Origin: a virus
Strand: one strand, 5' to 3'
Virus record (IMG/VR): IMGVR_UViG_3300027674_000001
Span: 1-64,000 of that record
DNA length: 64,000 bases
Position 1 is the first letter of the stretch. Each line of letters opens with the position of its first letter. A program made the position numbers and the translations under genes. Below, one piece after another: positions 25,333 through 34,632 of the stretch. Below the pieces are notes generated by a model. The model saw only the letters and a program-made list of their open reading frames with translations, was not told the DNA's origin and searched no databases.

Positions 25333-25468
25333 CCTCCACCCCTACATCTTGCGAGGGGTAGAATCCTACCCACTCCGTGGTACAACTTGCCCCCGAGGAC
25401 CTATCTCCTTGGGAGCCCGCACCTACTCACCGTCTCGCCTCTCCGGGTCCACCCGGGGTACCCGAGCC

Positions 25469-27274
25469 ATGGCTGCCCGGGATGCCCACGAGCTATCCCT
25501 TGCCCACGGTACCGCTGCTGGCCCTGGCCCAGAGGACCCTACCGCCTCCGCTACCCTCCGTTCGGCCGAGTCCGATCTCCTAGGTAGGGCGCGCCTCGCC
25601 GAGCGGTTCTCTGCTCTCCGGGACGGCATCGGGTACGGTGGCCGGCGCGATTACTACCGTCTCCTAGGCTACAAGGAACGTCTACTCCCGCAGGATTACC
25701 GAGCGCGGTATAAGCGGGGGGGTATCGCCGAGCGGTGTGTTGAAGCCTACCCCAAGGCTACGTGGTCAGGTGGCGCCTCGATCGTCGAAGACCCCGATCC
25801 CAATAACGTTACTGAGTTCGAGGACAAGACTACTACCCTCTGTGATCGTCTCGCCGTCTGGAAGGAGATCATCAAACTAGATATCCAAATGGGGCTAGGC
25901 CGGTACGCAGCTCTCCTTATCGGTACGGGTGACAAGGATCTAGAGGAGCCCCTGAAATCCGGCTCTCTCTCCGGCCCTGAAGACATTATCTACATCACCC
26001 CGCTTACCGAGGACCGAGCCCAAATCCAGCAGAGCATTACCGACACCACCGATCCACGGTTTGGCCTACCTGAGTTCTACATGTGTTATCTTGGTATCCC
26101 GGCCTATTCCATGGTTGAGGATGACATTGGCCCATACTCTGGCGCCTCTCATGCTGTAACCAAGCGAGTCCATCACACGCGAATTATTCACGCGGCCGAG
26201 CAGTGTCTATTTGATAATGTATTCGGTAAGCCCCGCCTCCGTGCCGTGTGGAACTATCTAGATGACTTGTTAAAGGTGTCCGGTGGTGGCGCTGAAGCCT
26301 CCTGGCAGCGGGTAGATCCCGGTATCCACGTGAACATCGACAAGGACCTCCGCATAGGGAAGGAGGAGCTTAAAGCCCTGCGCGAGATGATTGAGGAGTA
26401 CCAGCACGGGGGTATATCGCGTCTCATCCCCACTCGTGGTGCCGATGTTAAGATGTTGAACGCCCTCGTGGACAAGTGGGGGCCTAACCAAGATGCCGTC
26501 ACTCGGTTGATTTGCGCCGTGCTCGCTATACCCCATCGCGTACTTATGGGGAGCGAGAGAGGGGAGATGGCGTCAACCCAAGACCGGGATAACTGGTCCG
26601 ACCGTGTAGCGGAGAGACGGCAGGAGTTTGGTATCCCACTAGTCCGTGCATTCATTAGTCGTCTACAGGAATTTGGCGCGCTACCTGATGTGGATGACTA
26701 TGAGATTCAGTGGCCCGATGAGGAGGAATTAAACGAGCAAGAGAAGGGAGCCCTACTTCTCACTTACGCCCAAGCCAACCACAACAACGGGGAAGTAATC
26801 ATAACCGCCAACGAGATGCGCGATCAAGTACTAAGTCTACCTCCGCTTGTGGTAGAACCCGCCACTGATGCCAACGGTAACCCGATCGACCCCACCCAAG
26901 TAGCGGCAGATGGGTCTACTGATGTACCGGGCCAAGGTAATAAGCCACTCAACAATACCCCTACATCGGGTGATACTGCGGGGGCTCCGGGTACTCCGGG
27001 CGCACCAGGTACAGGCACAGGTTCGGGCGGGCCTACTGCCACCGATCAACAGCGGATGGTGCAACCGGATCTAGTTGTTGGTAACCCTGGTAGCCCTGGC
27101 AAGGTTAAGTCCTCGTCCTCGTCCTCGTCCTCATCTGTAATCCGGGTAAGTGCCATCCGGTTTGCATCTGGCAAGACAATCCCCATCGCCAAGATTCGAT
27201 CGCCGGAAGTGCGCCGCCTAATTGCCACCAAGCTATCCGTACAGCGTAAATTACGACGCAACGGGCTACTGTAA
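25469..27274 (+). CDS. Portal protein (DUF1073-like)
   Basis: Size, position upstream of the protease/scaffold and capsid genes, and the segment YRLLGYKERLLPQDYRARYKRGGIAERCVEAYPKATW typical of DUF1073 portals. ATG 25469 was preferred over the listed 25349. The C-terminus has Gly/Pro-rich and poly-Ser tracts. Confidence 0.75.
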   Translation: MAARDAHELSLAHGTAAGPGPEDPTASATLRSAESDLLGRARLAERFSALRDGIGYGGRRDYYRLLGYKERLLPQDYRARYKRGGIAERCVEAYPKATWSGGASIVEDPDPNNVTEFEDKTTTLCDRLAVWKEIIKLDIQMGLGRYAALLIGTGDKDLEEPLKSGSLSGPEDIIYITPLTEDRAQIQQSITDTTDPRFGLPEFYMCYLGIPAYSMVEDDIGPYSGASHAVTKRVHHTRIIHAAEQCLFDNVFGKPRLRAVWNYLDDLLKVSGGGAEASWQRVDPGIHVNIDKDLRIGKEELKALREMIEEYQHGGISRLIPTRGADVKMLNALVDKWGPNQDAVTRLICAVLAIPHRVLMGSERGEMASTQDRDNWSDRVAERRQEFGIPLVRAFISRLQEFGALPDVDDYEIQWPDEEELNEQEKGALLLTYAQANHNNGEVIITANEMRDQVLSLPPLVVEPATDANGNPIDPTQVAADGSTDVPGQGNKPLNNTPTSGDTAGAPGTPGAPGTGTGSGGPTATDQQRMVQPDLVVGNPGSPGKVKSSSSSSSSSVIRVSAIRFASGKTIPIAKIRSPEVRRLIATKLSVQRKLRRNGLL

Positions 27275-29091
27275 TGGACTCCCTTACTTCTCATCTTGTC
27301 CAGTTCCGATGTGCCATAGGGGGTGATGGGGCCAAGATTCGATCCGCCAAATATAACGGTACGGATTACGTAGTGGCGCCCGTAGTGATATTTATCGCGG
27401 ATACCGTGATCCACCCGGTTAACGCCGCCGAGCCCGAACTAGTCACGGCGAGGGCGTTACGTGTGGCCCCTGGTGGCTGGAATAGCCGTCCGATTATCAT
27501 GGATCATCCTCACAACGGCGACGACTACACAAGTGCCAATGACCCTGAAATACTAGAACAATTGCAATTTGGCACGATCTTTCACGCAAAGTATCATAAT
27601 AATCGAGTCATCGCGGACGCGTACCTAGATCCGGCCCGGGCGAAGGTAGTAGGCCCCGATGCTGTGGACGTAATCGAGCGGTTGAGATCTGGGAAGATGG
27701 TGGAAACTAGCGGGTGTGCGTATACCGTGGCGCGGCTAGAGTCCGGTACCCACTCTTCCGGTAAACGTTACGGTGCGGTATGGGTGGAGATTACCCCGGA
27801 CCATCTCGCTATGTTACCCCGGGGTACGGAAGGCGCTTGCTCAGTGGACATGGGCTGTGGGATGCCGAGAGCCGCACGAGCTAACAATCACGATCAAACA
27901 AAAGGAGCACATACCGTGGCATCTACTGTGAAAGCAAACAAAGATAAGATCAAGGGTGCCGTGGCTCGCTTCACTTCCCAAGTATCGCGGCTGTCCGCTG
28001 CCGGTACCGACTCCCAAGGCCAAGAGGATGCGGAGAAGATCCAATACGAGACTATTTCCAAGATGCTAGACGCGGCTAGTGCCAGCTTGGAATCCGCAAG
28101 GACTTTAGCCGCCTCGCTTATTGCCATGGGAGATGGTGCGGAGGAAGAGGTAGAGGACGCTTGCCTCGAATCCATCCGCGCTATGTGCATGCAAGCTACT
28201 GGCGATCTATACGCCGTGAGTAGTGCATGCTGGGATGCCTTGGACGATAACTCAGTGGGGGAGGGTGGTGAAGTTGTCCCGGTGGTAATCGTCGGTGATA
28301 CCCGATATAACGCCGGAGCCCGCCACAACTCCACCGATCAAAAGAACGTGCAACAGGTGCATGACATGAGCGTCAAACTAGGCGCTGACTGTGCCCCCGC
28401 TAAAGCCTCTTCCGCCGCTACTGCCGCCACCACCACCGCCAAACCGTGCGGATGTAAAGATAACGCTGCCCAACCAACTGAAGGAGCCATTACTATGAGC
28501 AACGCAAAGTCGGACCTGATTGGGCAGCTGATCGCCAGTAAGGATCATCCTAGCCCATTCACCGAGGATGACCGGAAGACTCTTGAAGGGTTCTCCGAAG
28601 AGAAGTTGACCGCGCTAGCTGCCACGGTTAAGGCGAGCGTGGCAGCGGTACAGGTTAAGGACAAGACGCCGGAGCCCGTTGCCGTGGTGACCCCTGCCGC
28701 CGCTGCATCCGCGCCTACTACCCCTAAGACTCCCGATGAGATCGAGACGGAGTTTCTAGCCCGCGCGGACGTGCCCCAGTCCGTCAAGGACGCCATGCAG
28801 GAACGTAAGCTAGCAGTGGCGGCCAAGCGAGCCCAGCTAGTCTCTGGCATCCTCAAGGCATCGTCCGGCATCTACACCAAGGAGCGGCTGGAGTCCAAAC
28901 CCACCGAGGACTTGGAGGAGTTGGCTAGGTTTGCCAAGGTAGCCATGCCCAAGGACTTCTCTGGCGCTGGTGGCGTGTTCCCCGATAAGTTGGACGAGAA
29001 GCCCGCTATCAGGGTACCCCCCGACTCGTTGGAAGATGGTCGTAAGCTCCGGGCAGCACGGCAGGCGGCCATGTCGGGCAAGGCTAACTAA
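27274..29091 (+). CDS. DUF2213-like prohead protease/scaffold protein
   Basis: The N-terminus YNGTDYVVAPVVIFIADTVI...GGWNSRPIIMDHP resembles DUF2213, which commonly follows DUF1073 portals. The C-terminal half is Ala/Lys/Glu-rich and scaffold-like. Confidence 0.6.
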   Translation: MDSLTSHLVQFRCAIGGDGAKIRSAKYNGTDYVVAPVVIFIADTVIHPVNAAEPELVTARALRVAPGGWNSRPIIMDHPHNGDDYTSANDPEILEQLQFGTIFHAKYHNNRVIADAYLDPARAKVVGPDAVDVIERLRSGKMVETSGCAYTVARLESGTHSSGKRYGAVWVEITPDHLAMLPRGTEGACSVDMGCGMPRAARANNHDQTKGAHTVASTVKANKDKIKGAVARFTSQVSRLSAAGTDSQGQEDAEKIQYETISKMLDAASASLESARTLAASLIAMGDGAEEEVEDACLESIRAMCMQATGDLYAVSSACWDALDDNSVGEGGEVVPVVIVGDTRYNAGARHNSTDQKNVQQVHDMSVKLGADCAPAKASSAATAATTTAKPCGCKDNAAQPTEGAITMSNAKSDLIGQLIASKDHPSPFTEDDRKTLEGFSEEKLTALAATVKASVAAVQVKDKTPEPVAVVTPAAAASAPTTPKTPDEIETEFLARADVPQSVKDAMQERKLAVAAKRAQLVSGILKASSGIYTKERLESKPTEDLEELARFAKVAMPKDFSGAGGVFPDKLDEKPAIRVPPDSLEDGRKLRAARQAAMSGKAN

Positions 29092-29142
29092 CCCACAATC
29101 TTAACCAATCAAGATAACGTATAACGGGAGACATACCCCACC

Positions 29143-29616
29143 ATGGCCTACAATCTGGAAACCCACGCACCCAACACGATCATTCTCTCGGGGCGTAAAG
29201 AGCACGAGATTGTCAATGATCTCCCTGTCGTCGCGGTAGGAGCCAAGCCCGGTATGTTCGTGGAAGGCTACCTAGCTCCTGGTAACATCCGTGCATGGCG
29301 ACCCCACAGCGATGCCGCCCGCGAGCTAAGTGCATTTATTCTTCTCGAACAGGATATCGAGAACCTTACCGTAGATTCCCCCTATGGTAGCGGTGACCTT
29401 GCCATCGTTCACCCGGTTCGCGCGGGAATGACACTATGGGCGCTACTCCCATCAGGCCAGAACATCGCCGCGATGGATTTCCTTCAGAGTAATGGTGATG
29501 GCCGCGTGAAGGCCGCCAGCGCCGTCACCGCTGCTGCAAACGTCGCGCGAATCCAAGCACTGGAAGCCATTGGCCCAACCACCGTAGATACCCGTATCCG
29601 GGTGCAAGTGGTTTAA
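29143..29616 (+). CDS. Capsid accessory/decoration protein candidate
   Basis: 157-aa ORF between the scaffold and major capsid genes with a strong RBS context. Call is by position only. Confidence 0.45.
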   Translation: MAYNLETHAPNTIILSGRKEHEIVNDLPVVAVGAKPGMFVEGYLAPGNIRAWRPHSDAARELSAFILLEQDIENLTVDSPYGSGDLAIVHPVRAGMTLWALLPSGQNIAAMDFLQSNGDGRVKAASAVTAAANVARIQALEAIGPTTVDTRIRVQVV

Positions 29617-29678
29617 CCAGTAGATACTTAGATACCTAGAACCCTGAACACGATATCCCGATAGGAGACACAACCACC

Positions 29679-30713
29679 ATGCTACCGGAAATCTCTATTG
29701 CCCCTCCCTCGATCTTTGAGGGAGTGCCCGCTGAGTACCACGATAACCCGATCGGGTACATTCGCTCGTGTGCGCCCTTGCCCCTCCACGCGGAGGAATT
29801 GATTGACAAGGCGATTACCCAGGTGGCCCTAGAGCGCCTGGTGATTGCTGACGACATCGATTCCATGGGGCTCTCCACTCCCCTCCCCAACTGGCTAGCG
29901 GTAATGAACTTCCGTTGGCAGAAAATGTCAAAGATCGGAAACGCTGTCTTCTCCATGCTGCCGGACGTACGGGGCGAGGATGACAAGGTAGACCTTGGGA
30001 TCGATAGCTTGCCCATCTACTGTATTACGTCAAAGTTCAACCTGCACGCCCGTCTATTCTCCGAGTGGGAGCGGACCGGAATCCCCATCGATACCACCAT
30101 GGTGCAGCAGCACACGCGGCGGGTGAGTGAGGCCATCGAGGTATCCACCATCTGGGGTCCGCCTGCTAACTTCCAAGTCAACGGGGCCACGGTTCCCGGA
30201 CTCCTTACCGCGCCTAACGGTTCCATCTTCCAGTACTCCTCTAACCTCAAGTGGGATGATCCCTCGAAAACTGGTATCGAAATAGTGGATGATGTGCTCG
30301 GCATGATCGACGCCGAGCAGGCCAACCAGATGTATGGCCCATACATCCTCTATGTCGGGACGAAGTACGGCAACGTCCTTAACCAAGATTACAAGACTGC
30401 CAACGTCAACACGGTTACCACCCGTCAGCGCCTCTTGGAAATCGAGGAAATCTCGGCAATCAAGAAGGCGGATCGTCTCCCCAAAGACACCGTGTTGATG
30501 ATTCAGCCCACGTCCAACGTAGTCAAGATGATTAAGGGCCAGAGTCCTACCGCTGTCTCGTGGATGGAAGGCCCCCCTGGACTCCAGACTCGCCGGTACA
30601 TGATTCTCGCGTGTATGATCCCCCAGGTAATCGAAACCTACTCCGGTGGCACGAATAACGCTGGTCAGAGCGGCGTAGTCATCGGGACTAGTAACGGAGT
30701 TGTGGGGCAGTAG
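29679..30713 (+). CDS. Major capsid protein (HK97-fold, encapsulin-like family)
   Basis: 344 aa, in the position expected after the scaffold and decoration genes. Its segments resemble the encapsulin/linocin-type shell proteins used by DUF1073/DUF2213 phages. Confidence 0.7.
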   Translation: MLPEISIAPPSIFEGVPAEYHDNPIGYIRSCAPLPLHAEELIDKAITQVALERLVIADDIDSMGLSTPLPNWLAVMNFRWQKMSKIGNAVFSMLPDVRGEDDKVDLGIDSLPIYCITSKFNLHARLFSEWERTGIPIDTTMVQQHTRRVSEAIEVSTIWGPPANFQVNGATVPGLLTAPNGSIFQYSSNLKWDDPSKTGIEIVDDVLGMIDAEQANQMYGPYILYVGTKYGNVLNQDYKTANVNTVTTRQRLLEIEEISAIKKADRLPKDTVLMIQPTSNVVKMIKGQSPTAVSWMEGPPGLQTRRYMILACMIPQVIETYSGGTNNAGQSGVVIGTSNGVVGQ

Positions 30714-30736
30714 GGCAGTAGGGCAATGGGGTAGTA
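30705..30736 (+). repeat. G-rich octamer tandem repeat forming a canonical G-quadruplex motif
   Basis: GGGCAGTA GGGCAGTA GGGCAATG GGGTAGTA. The G3+ tracts at 30705, 30713, 30721 and 30728 are separated by 4-5 nt. It overlaps the capsid stop codon (30711-30713). Confidence 0.7.
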
Positions 30737-30804
30737 GGACGCGAACGAGTCAACCGATAACCAATCACCAGCCACGTATCCTCTAGGGAGGTAAGACACC
30801 AATC

Positions 30805-31440
30805 ATGGCTTCTACAGCAACCGCAACCACAGATACAGACACCGGCACCGATACCGCCGCGCCTAAGGTAACCGTACCTACTCGCCGATATCGTCTCCTT
30901 CGTGGCACCATTGCACGCCGCGAACACGCTATTGCCCACCGTGACGCATCTACTGGCAAGATTAACGATCAGTACCTTAACGGTACTACGGTGGTGTATT
31001 GCGCGTACGACCCCGAGAAGGAAAACTCCGCTGGCAACATTATCGAGCTTACCGATGATGAGGCCGGCCCGTATCTTGAAGCCAATCCCCCTCGCGTGGA
31101 GTTGATCGGTGGCCATGGTGCGCATCGGGTGGCCGCGCGTCCCACTCCGTCTACTCAGGCTCAGGCTCCGCAGGCCCCAGTAGAGTCCTCGCCAGTACCC
31201 CGTCCCGCCGCGCTGATTCCTGCGCCTGCACCCGAAACGCTAGAGGAGTTGGCGCCCGATGGCAACGATAATGACATGGTAGCTATCATGTTTGGTCTAC
31301 TCGCTCCAGCGGCCATCGAGCTAATCAATGGCATGGAAACCGTGGCAGAATTGCAATCCGCTCGATACGGCGAATTGGCTGGGCGTAACCGTAAGGGAGT
31401 CATTGACGCCATCGATGCCCGGATGCCGGACGAGGTGTAA
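30805..31440 (+). CDS. Hypothetical head-module protein with a Thr/Asp-rich N-terminus
   Basis: 211-aa ORF with RBS GGGAGG. N-terminus MASTATATTDTDTGTDT. Pro/Ala-rich middle. Confidence 0.55.
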   Translation: MASTATATTDTDTGTDTAAPKVTVPTRRYRLLRGTIARREHAIAHRDASTGKINDQYLNGTTVVYCAYDPEKENSAGNIIELTDDEAGPYLEANPPRVELIGGHGAHRVAARPTPSTQAQAPQAPVESSPVPRPAALIPAPAPETLEELAPDGNDNDMVAIMFGLLAPAAIELINGMETVAELQSARYGELAGRNRKGVIDAIDARMPDEV

Positions 31441-31588
31441 CCGTGGCCTACATAAGATATCTGGCGAAAAGATACTTAAGACCGATAACTGTGAGACGGG
31501 AGAGAAGGAGAGGCATAGATCACCGGGCCGTGTATTTGTTTGGTGTCAGAGTGGGCATCATAGAAGACTAACCAAATAAGATACTCCG

Positions 31589-32269
31589 ATGCCCATCTCT
31601 CTCATTACCACGGTCGGTGATCCTGCGGCGAATTCCTATACCTCTCAACTGGAATTCGTACAATACATTGCCGTGCGGTTCCCGCCGATCGCGTGGGCTC
31701 TAGCTGCATCCCAATTAGTGCCACCTGTGCTATCTCCCGCGAATGGCCCCGCGAGCGATCTATTGAATGCAACCCTCATCGCCGCTGCCCGTGAACTAGA
31801 CAACTGTTTCCGGTGGAACGGTACCGTAGATGCCATCACATTCCCTAACCAAGTCCGTGCTCACCCTCGCAAGGGACTACTTACTCGCAATGGCCAACCG
31901 CTCGACCCCGCCTCTATCGCGGTAGACTTGAAGAATGCTCAGTGTGAGTTCGCCCTACAGTTGAACGTGAGCGATTTACTGGGGGATATCCAGCAACTCA
32001 AGCAGCACGTCGCATCCGTCAAGGCCGGCTCGGTACAGGTGAATTTCCAACAGCATCTAATGGCTACGTACGACTCAGCCGATATAGACGTGCGTATGCG
32101 AGGCCCGGCATTCAACGCAGTGTCGAACGTAGTCCCAGACGAAGTGCGACGACTCTTAGTCCCATCGTGGTACCGCATGCCCCACGTCCGGCGAAACGTC
32201 ATCGTGGGAGTGTTCACAGGCTCGGGCCGCTATCACCACCTTGGAGAGTTGGACGGAGACGACGATTAA
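31589..32269 (+). CDS. Head-tail connector candidate (gp6-like)
   Basis: The N-terminus GDPAANSYTSQLEFVQY resembles the start of gp6-like connector proteins, and the position fits. Confidence 0.45.
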   Translation: MPISLITTVGDPAANSYTSQLEFVQYIAVRFPPIAWALAASQLVPPVLSPANGPASDLLNATLIAAARELDNCFRWNGTVDAITFPNQVRAHPRKGLLTRNGQPLDPASIAVDLKNAQCEFALQLNVSDLLGDIQQLKQHVASVKAGSVQVNFQQHLMATYDSADIDVRMRGPAFNAVSNVVPDEVRRLLVPSWYRMPHVRRNVIVGVFTGSGRYHHLGELDGDDD

Positions 32270-32302
32270 CCCACACGTTATACTAAGGGAGGTACGCAAC
32301 TC

Positions 32303-32761
32303 ATGGGCGCGACATTCGATATCAAGGTAGTTAAGGGCAACCGGGCGGTACAATATCACCCCACCCACATTGCTGAGAAAAACGTATGGCCAAATTCCCC
32401 CGCTGGCCGCCGTTATCTTGCCATGCTGGATATGACGGAGGTGCAGGTACAGGAAGCTATCGATGACGGTGAAATCGGGGAGGCACCCGGCACCTACATT
32501 GAACTCTGCGGACTCGATAAGCGCCTATTTCCCACTGGCGGCTTTACCGTGCATATATCTGGTGGTAACCACGATAACCCCGAGTGTATACCCGCTGATG
32601 TAGTGTACTCGCTCAGAGACAATGGTGATACCAAGGACAAGTGGCCCAGTGCAGCCATGCGAGCCCAGCTAGAAATGGTAAAGGCTGGATGGCGCCCTGA
32701 TCGCGGTGAGGCTATGCCCGAGAGTCCAGAGCCCGAAGTAGCAGAGGGGGTGGCACCGTGA
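32303..32761 (+). CDS. Hypothetical structural-module protein
   Basis: 152-aa ORF with RBS AAGGGAGG. Confidence 0.5.
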   Translation: MGATFDIKVVKGNRAVQYHPTHIAEKNVWPNSPAGRRYLAMLDMTEVQVQEAIDDGEIGEAPGTYIELCGLDKRLFPTGGFTVHISGGNHDNPECIPADVVYSLRDNGDTKDKWPSAAMRAQLEMVKAGWRPDRGEAMPESPEPEVAEGVAP

Positions 32762-32973
32762 GCGAGCGTGACCCCGGAATCATCGTCATAGCCAAAGCCC
32801 GTATCCGGTACATTGATATTGGTGCGCCAAAAGGCAATCAACCGCAGACTAGTTATTACGTGTGCGGTCCAGTACGTGGTACCTTGGCGGAAGCGGAGAG
32901 CGATGCAGATATATTAAACAAAGCCCTCTGGGCAGATCGTATGAAGAATCGCGAAGAGGGGGCTAGTGGTTAA
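32758..32973 (+). CDS. Hypothetical protein
   Basis: 71-aa ORF with a GTGA overlap. Confidence 0.45.
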   Translation: MSERDPGIIVIAKARIRYIDIGAPKGNQPQTSYYVCGPVRGTLAEAESDADILNKALWADRMKNREEGASG

Positions 32974-33386
32974 TGGCCTTCCCCGTCGAATTACTCCGGC
33001 TCGGCGTTGGGATCGCGTCCCACCTAACCGCTGGCGTCCAGCAACCCGTGACTATTGAACCGTGGATCGGTCAAACCGCGCACGGACCATCGTACGGTGC
33101 GCCTGTCACATTCGATGGTCAATCCTCGGGCCACCCTATGCCCTTGGTAGACCTCACCACTAAGCAACGGGTAGTCAAGGGCCAATGGATCAACGTTGCC
33201 GGGACACTTACATTTCTTGGCGACGTAGCTCCCAACGGTGCTCCCGGTAGATTAGAGCCAATCGATACCCGGGACCGGATTACCCTCGCGGATGGTACCC
33301 GGTGGCCTATAGTCCAATCAGGGGGGTTTAATGATCCGGGTACAGGGCGCCCGTTGGCCCCCGAAGTGTGGCTAGGGGCAAGATGA
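32973..33386 (+). CDS. Hypothetical structural-module protein (head-closure candidate by position)
   Basis: 137-aa ORF with a TAATG overlap. Confidence 0.5.
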   Translation: MAFPVELLRLGVGIASHLTAGVQQPVTIEPWIGQTAHGPSYGAPVTFDGQSSGHPMPLVDLTTKQRVVKGQWINVAGTLTFLGDVAPNGAPGRLEPIDTRDRITLADGTRWPIVQSGGFNDPGTGRPLAPEVWLGAR

Positions 33387-33925
33387 TGGCTAAGCTAAGT
33401 GAATTTAACGAGATAGTGTGGAATGATCCACGGTTGCCTATGCACCCAGAGATGCATTTCTCTGTGTCTAAGGCAATGATATACGAGCCTGTTATCGCGC
33501 TAGATAAAAGTAGAATACTAGTAGCGGATACAGCCCGTATCGACGCCTTTTGTAAGCTACATGGTGGAGATGGTATCTATATTGGCGATCGTGTACACAT
33601 CTCATCGTTCTGTGATCTAAATATAGGTGGTGGGTATCTGATCTTGGAAGATGGTTCAACTCTTTCCCCTGGTGTCATGATCGTAACCGGATCTAGTGTT
33701 CCTGCACCCGGCCGATCGTGCTCGGCAATCTCGCCTGATGTGGTGATATCCAAGTCATTCGTTCGCGTAAATAAGAACGCGACCATATTCACAGGAGCAA
33801 TTATCCTCCCAGGTGTAACCATTGGGGAGGGTGCAGTAGTCGCGGCCGGTGCCATGGTTAACCACGATGTCCCGGATGGTGACACCTGGGGTTGCGTTCC
33901 AGCGCGGAGACTCCACCTAGTATGA
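33383..33925 (+). CDS. Left-handed beta-helix (hexapeptide-repeat) acetyltransferase
   Basis: Hexapeptide periodicity IGDRVHISSFCDLNIGGG...IFTGAIILPGVTIGEGAVVAAGAMV, as in LacA/WbbJ-type O-acetyltransferases. Confidence 0.8.
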   Translation: MMAKLSEFNEIVWNDPRLPMHPEMHFSVSKAMIYEPVIALDKSRILVADTARIDAFCKLHGGDGIYIGDRVHISSFCDLNIGGGYLILEDGSTLSPGVMIVTGSSVPAPGRSCSAISPDVVISKSFVRVNKNATIFTGAIILPGVTIGEGAVVAAGAMVNHDVPDGDTWGCVPARRLHLV

Positions 33926-34632
33926 ATATCGCGGTTGTCTCCCTTTTCCGTAACATGGTCGGACGTATTGATCCGTATATGGCGCAAATCGATACCCTAC
34001 AGCGCCACGTATGGCTCGATTCTACCGATCACACGGTTAGAGTAATAGCGGTAACTGGTGATAACACGGACGCTACCGAGGATGAATTACAGGTGTCTGC
34101 AAATCGTTATCGTGTGCCACTGTCCATCGTCAAGTGTAATCATGGGCTCCAAGTATTTCCGTCGTGCGAGGACCCCAATAGACTCGCGGCGCTTACCAAG
34201 GTATTGATGGCTGGTATGCGAGCTGTAAGCCATGACAAGTACGGAGACGATGTTGTCCTATATGTTGAGTCTGATTTGATATGGAATCCGCACCAAGTGG
34301 GATCGATCATAGATATGGCGTATCGGCGTGATGGCTACTTTGATATTATCGCGCCCATGATCTTCTGTGGTGATGGCTCTCAGTTCTATGATGTGTGGGG
34401 GTTTAGGCACGATGGTGCTAGGTTCTCATGGGATGCTCCATATACCCATGATCTACTGTACGGTGGAATAACTGAGCTAGATAGTGTGGGTTCGTGTTTC
34501 GCGTGTAGGGCGAAAGTGGCAGAGAAGGTTACCCCTATTGGTAAACTGGCCCTTGTATCGTGGTGTAACGGAGCGCGGGCGCAAGGGTATCAAGTCGGGG
34601 TCGCGCAAGGGTTTCGCGTGAGTCATCCATGA
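33922..34632 (+). CDS. Putative GT-A-like nucleotide-sugar transferase
   Basis: Rossmann-like N-terminus MNIAVVSLFRN and a DxD-like YVESD. Sits among glycosyltransferase genes. Weak by sequence alone. Confidence 0.4.
   Translation: MNIAVVSLFRNMVGRIDPYMAQIDTLQRHVWLDSTDHTVRVIAVTGDNTDATEDELQVSANRYRVPLSIVKCNHGLQVFPSCEDPNRLAALTKVLMAGMRAVSHDKYGDDVVLYVESDLIWNPHQVGSIIDMAYRRDGYFDIIAPMIFCGDGSQFYDVWGFRHDGARFSWDAPYTHDLLYGGITELDSVGSCFACRAKVAEKVTPIGKLALVSWCNGARAQGYQVGVAQGFRVSHP

Noticed and set aside
25364-25460. Short palindromes (GGGTAGaatcCTACCC, CCGGGTccACCCGG) between the PAPS-reductase and portal genes
   Set aside because: They have no associated -35/-10 elements or T-tract, and the stems are short. 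There is not enough evidence to call a promoter, terminator or operator.
25349-25468. Upstream extension of the portal ORF (listed start 25349)
   Set aside because: The extension is Pro/Arg/Gly-rich with no RBS. ATG 25469 gives an N-terminus that flows into the portal-like sequence. The exact start remains uncertain.
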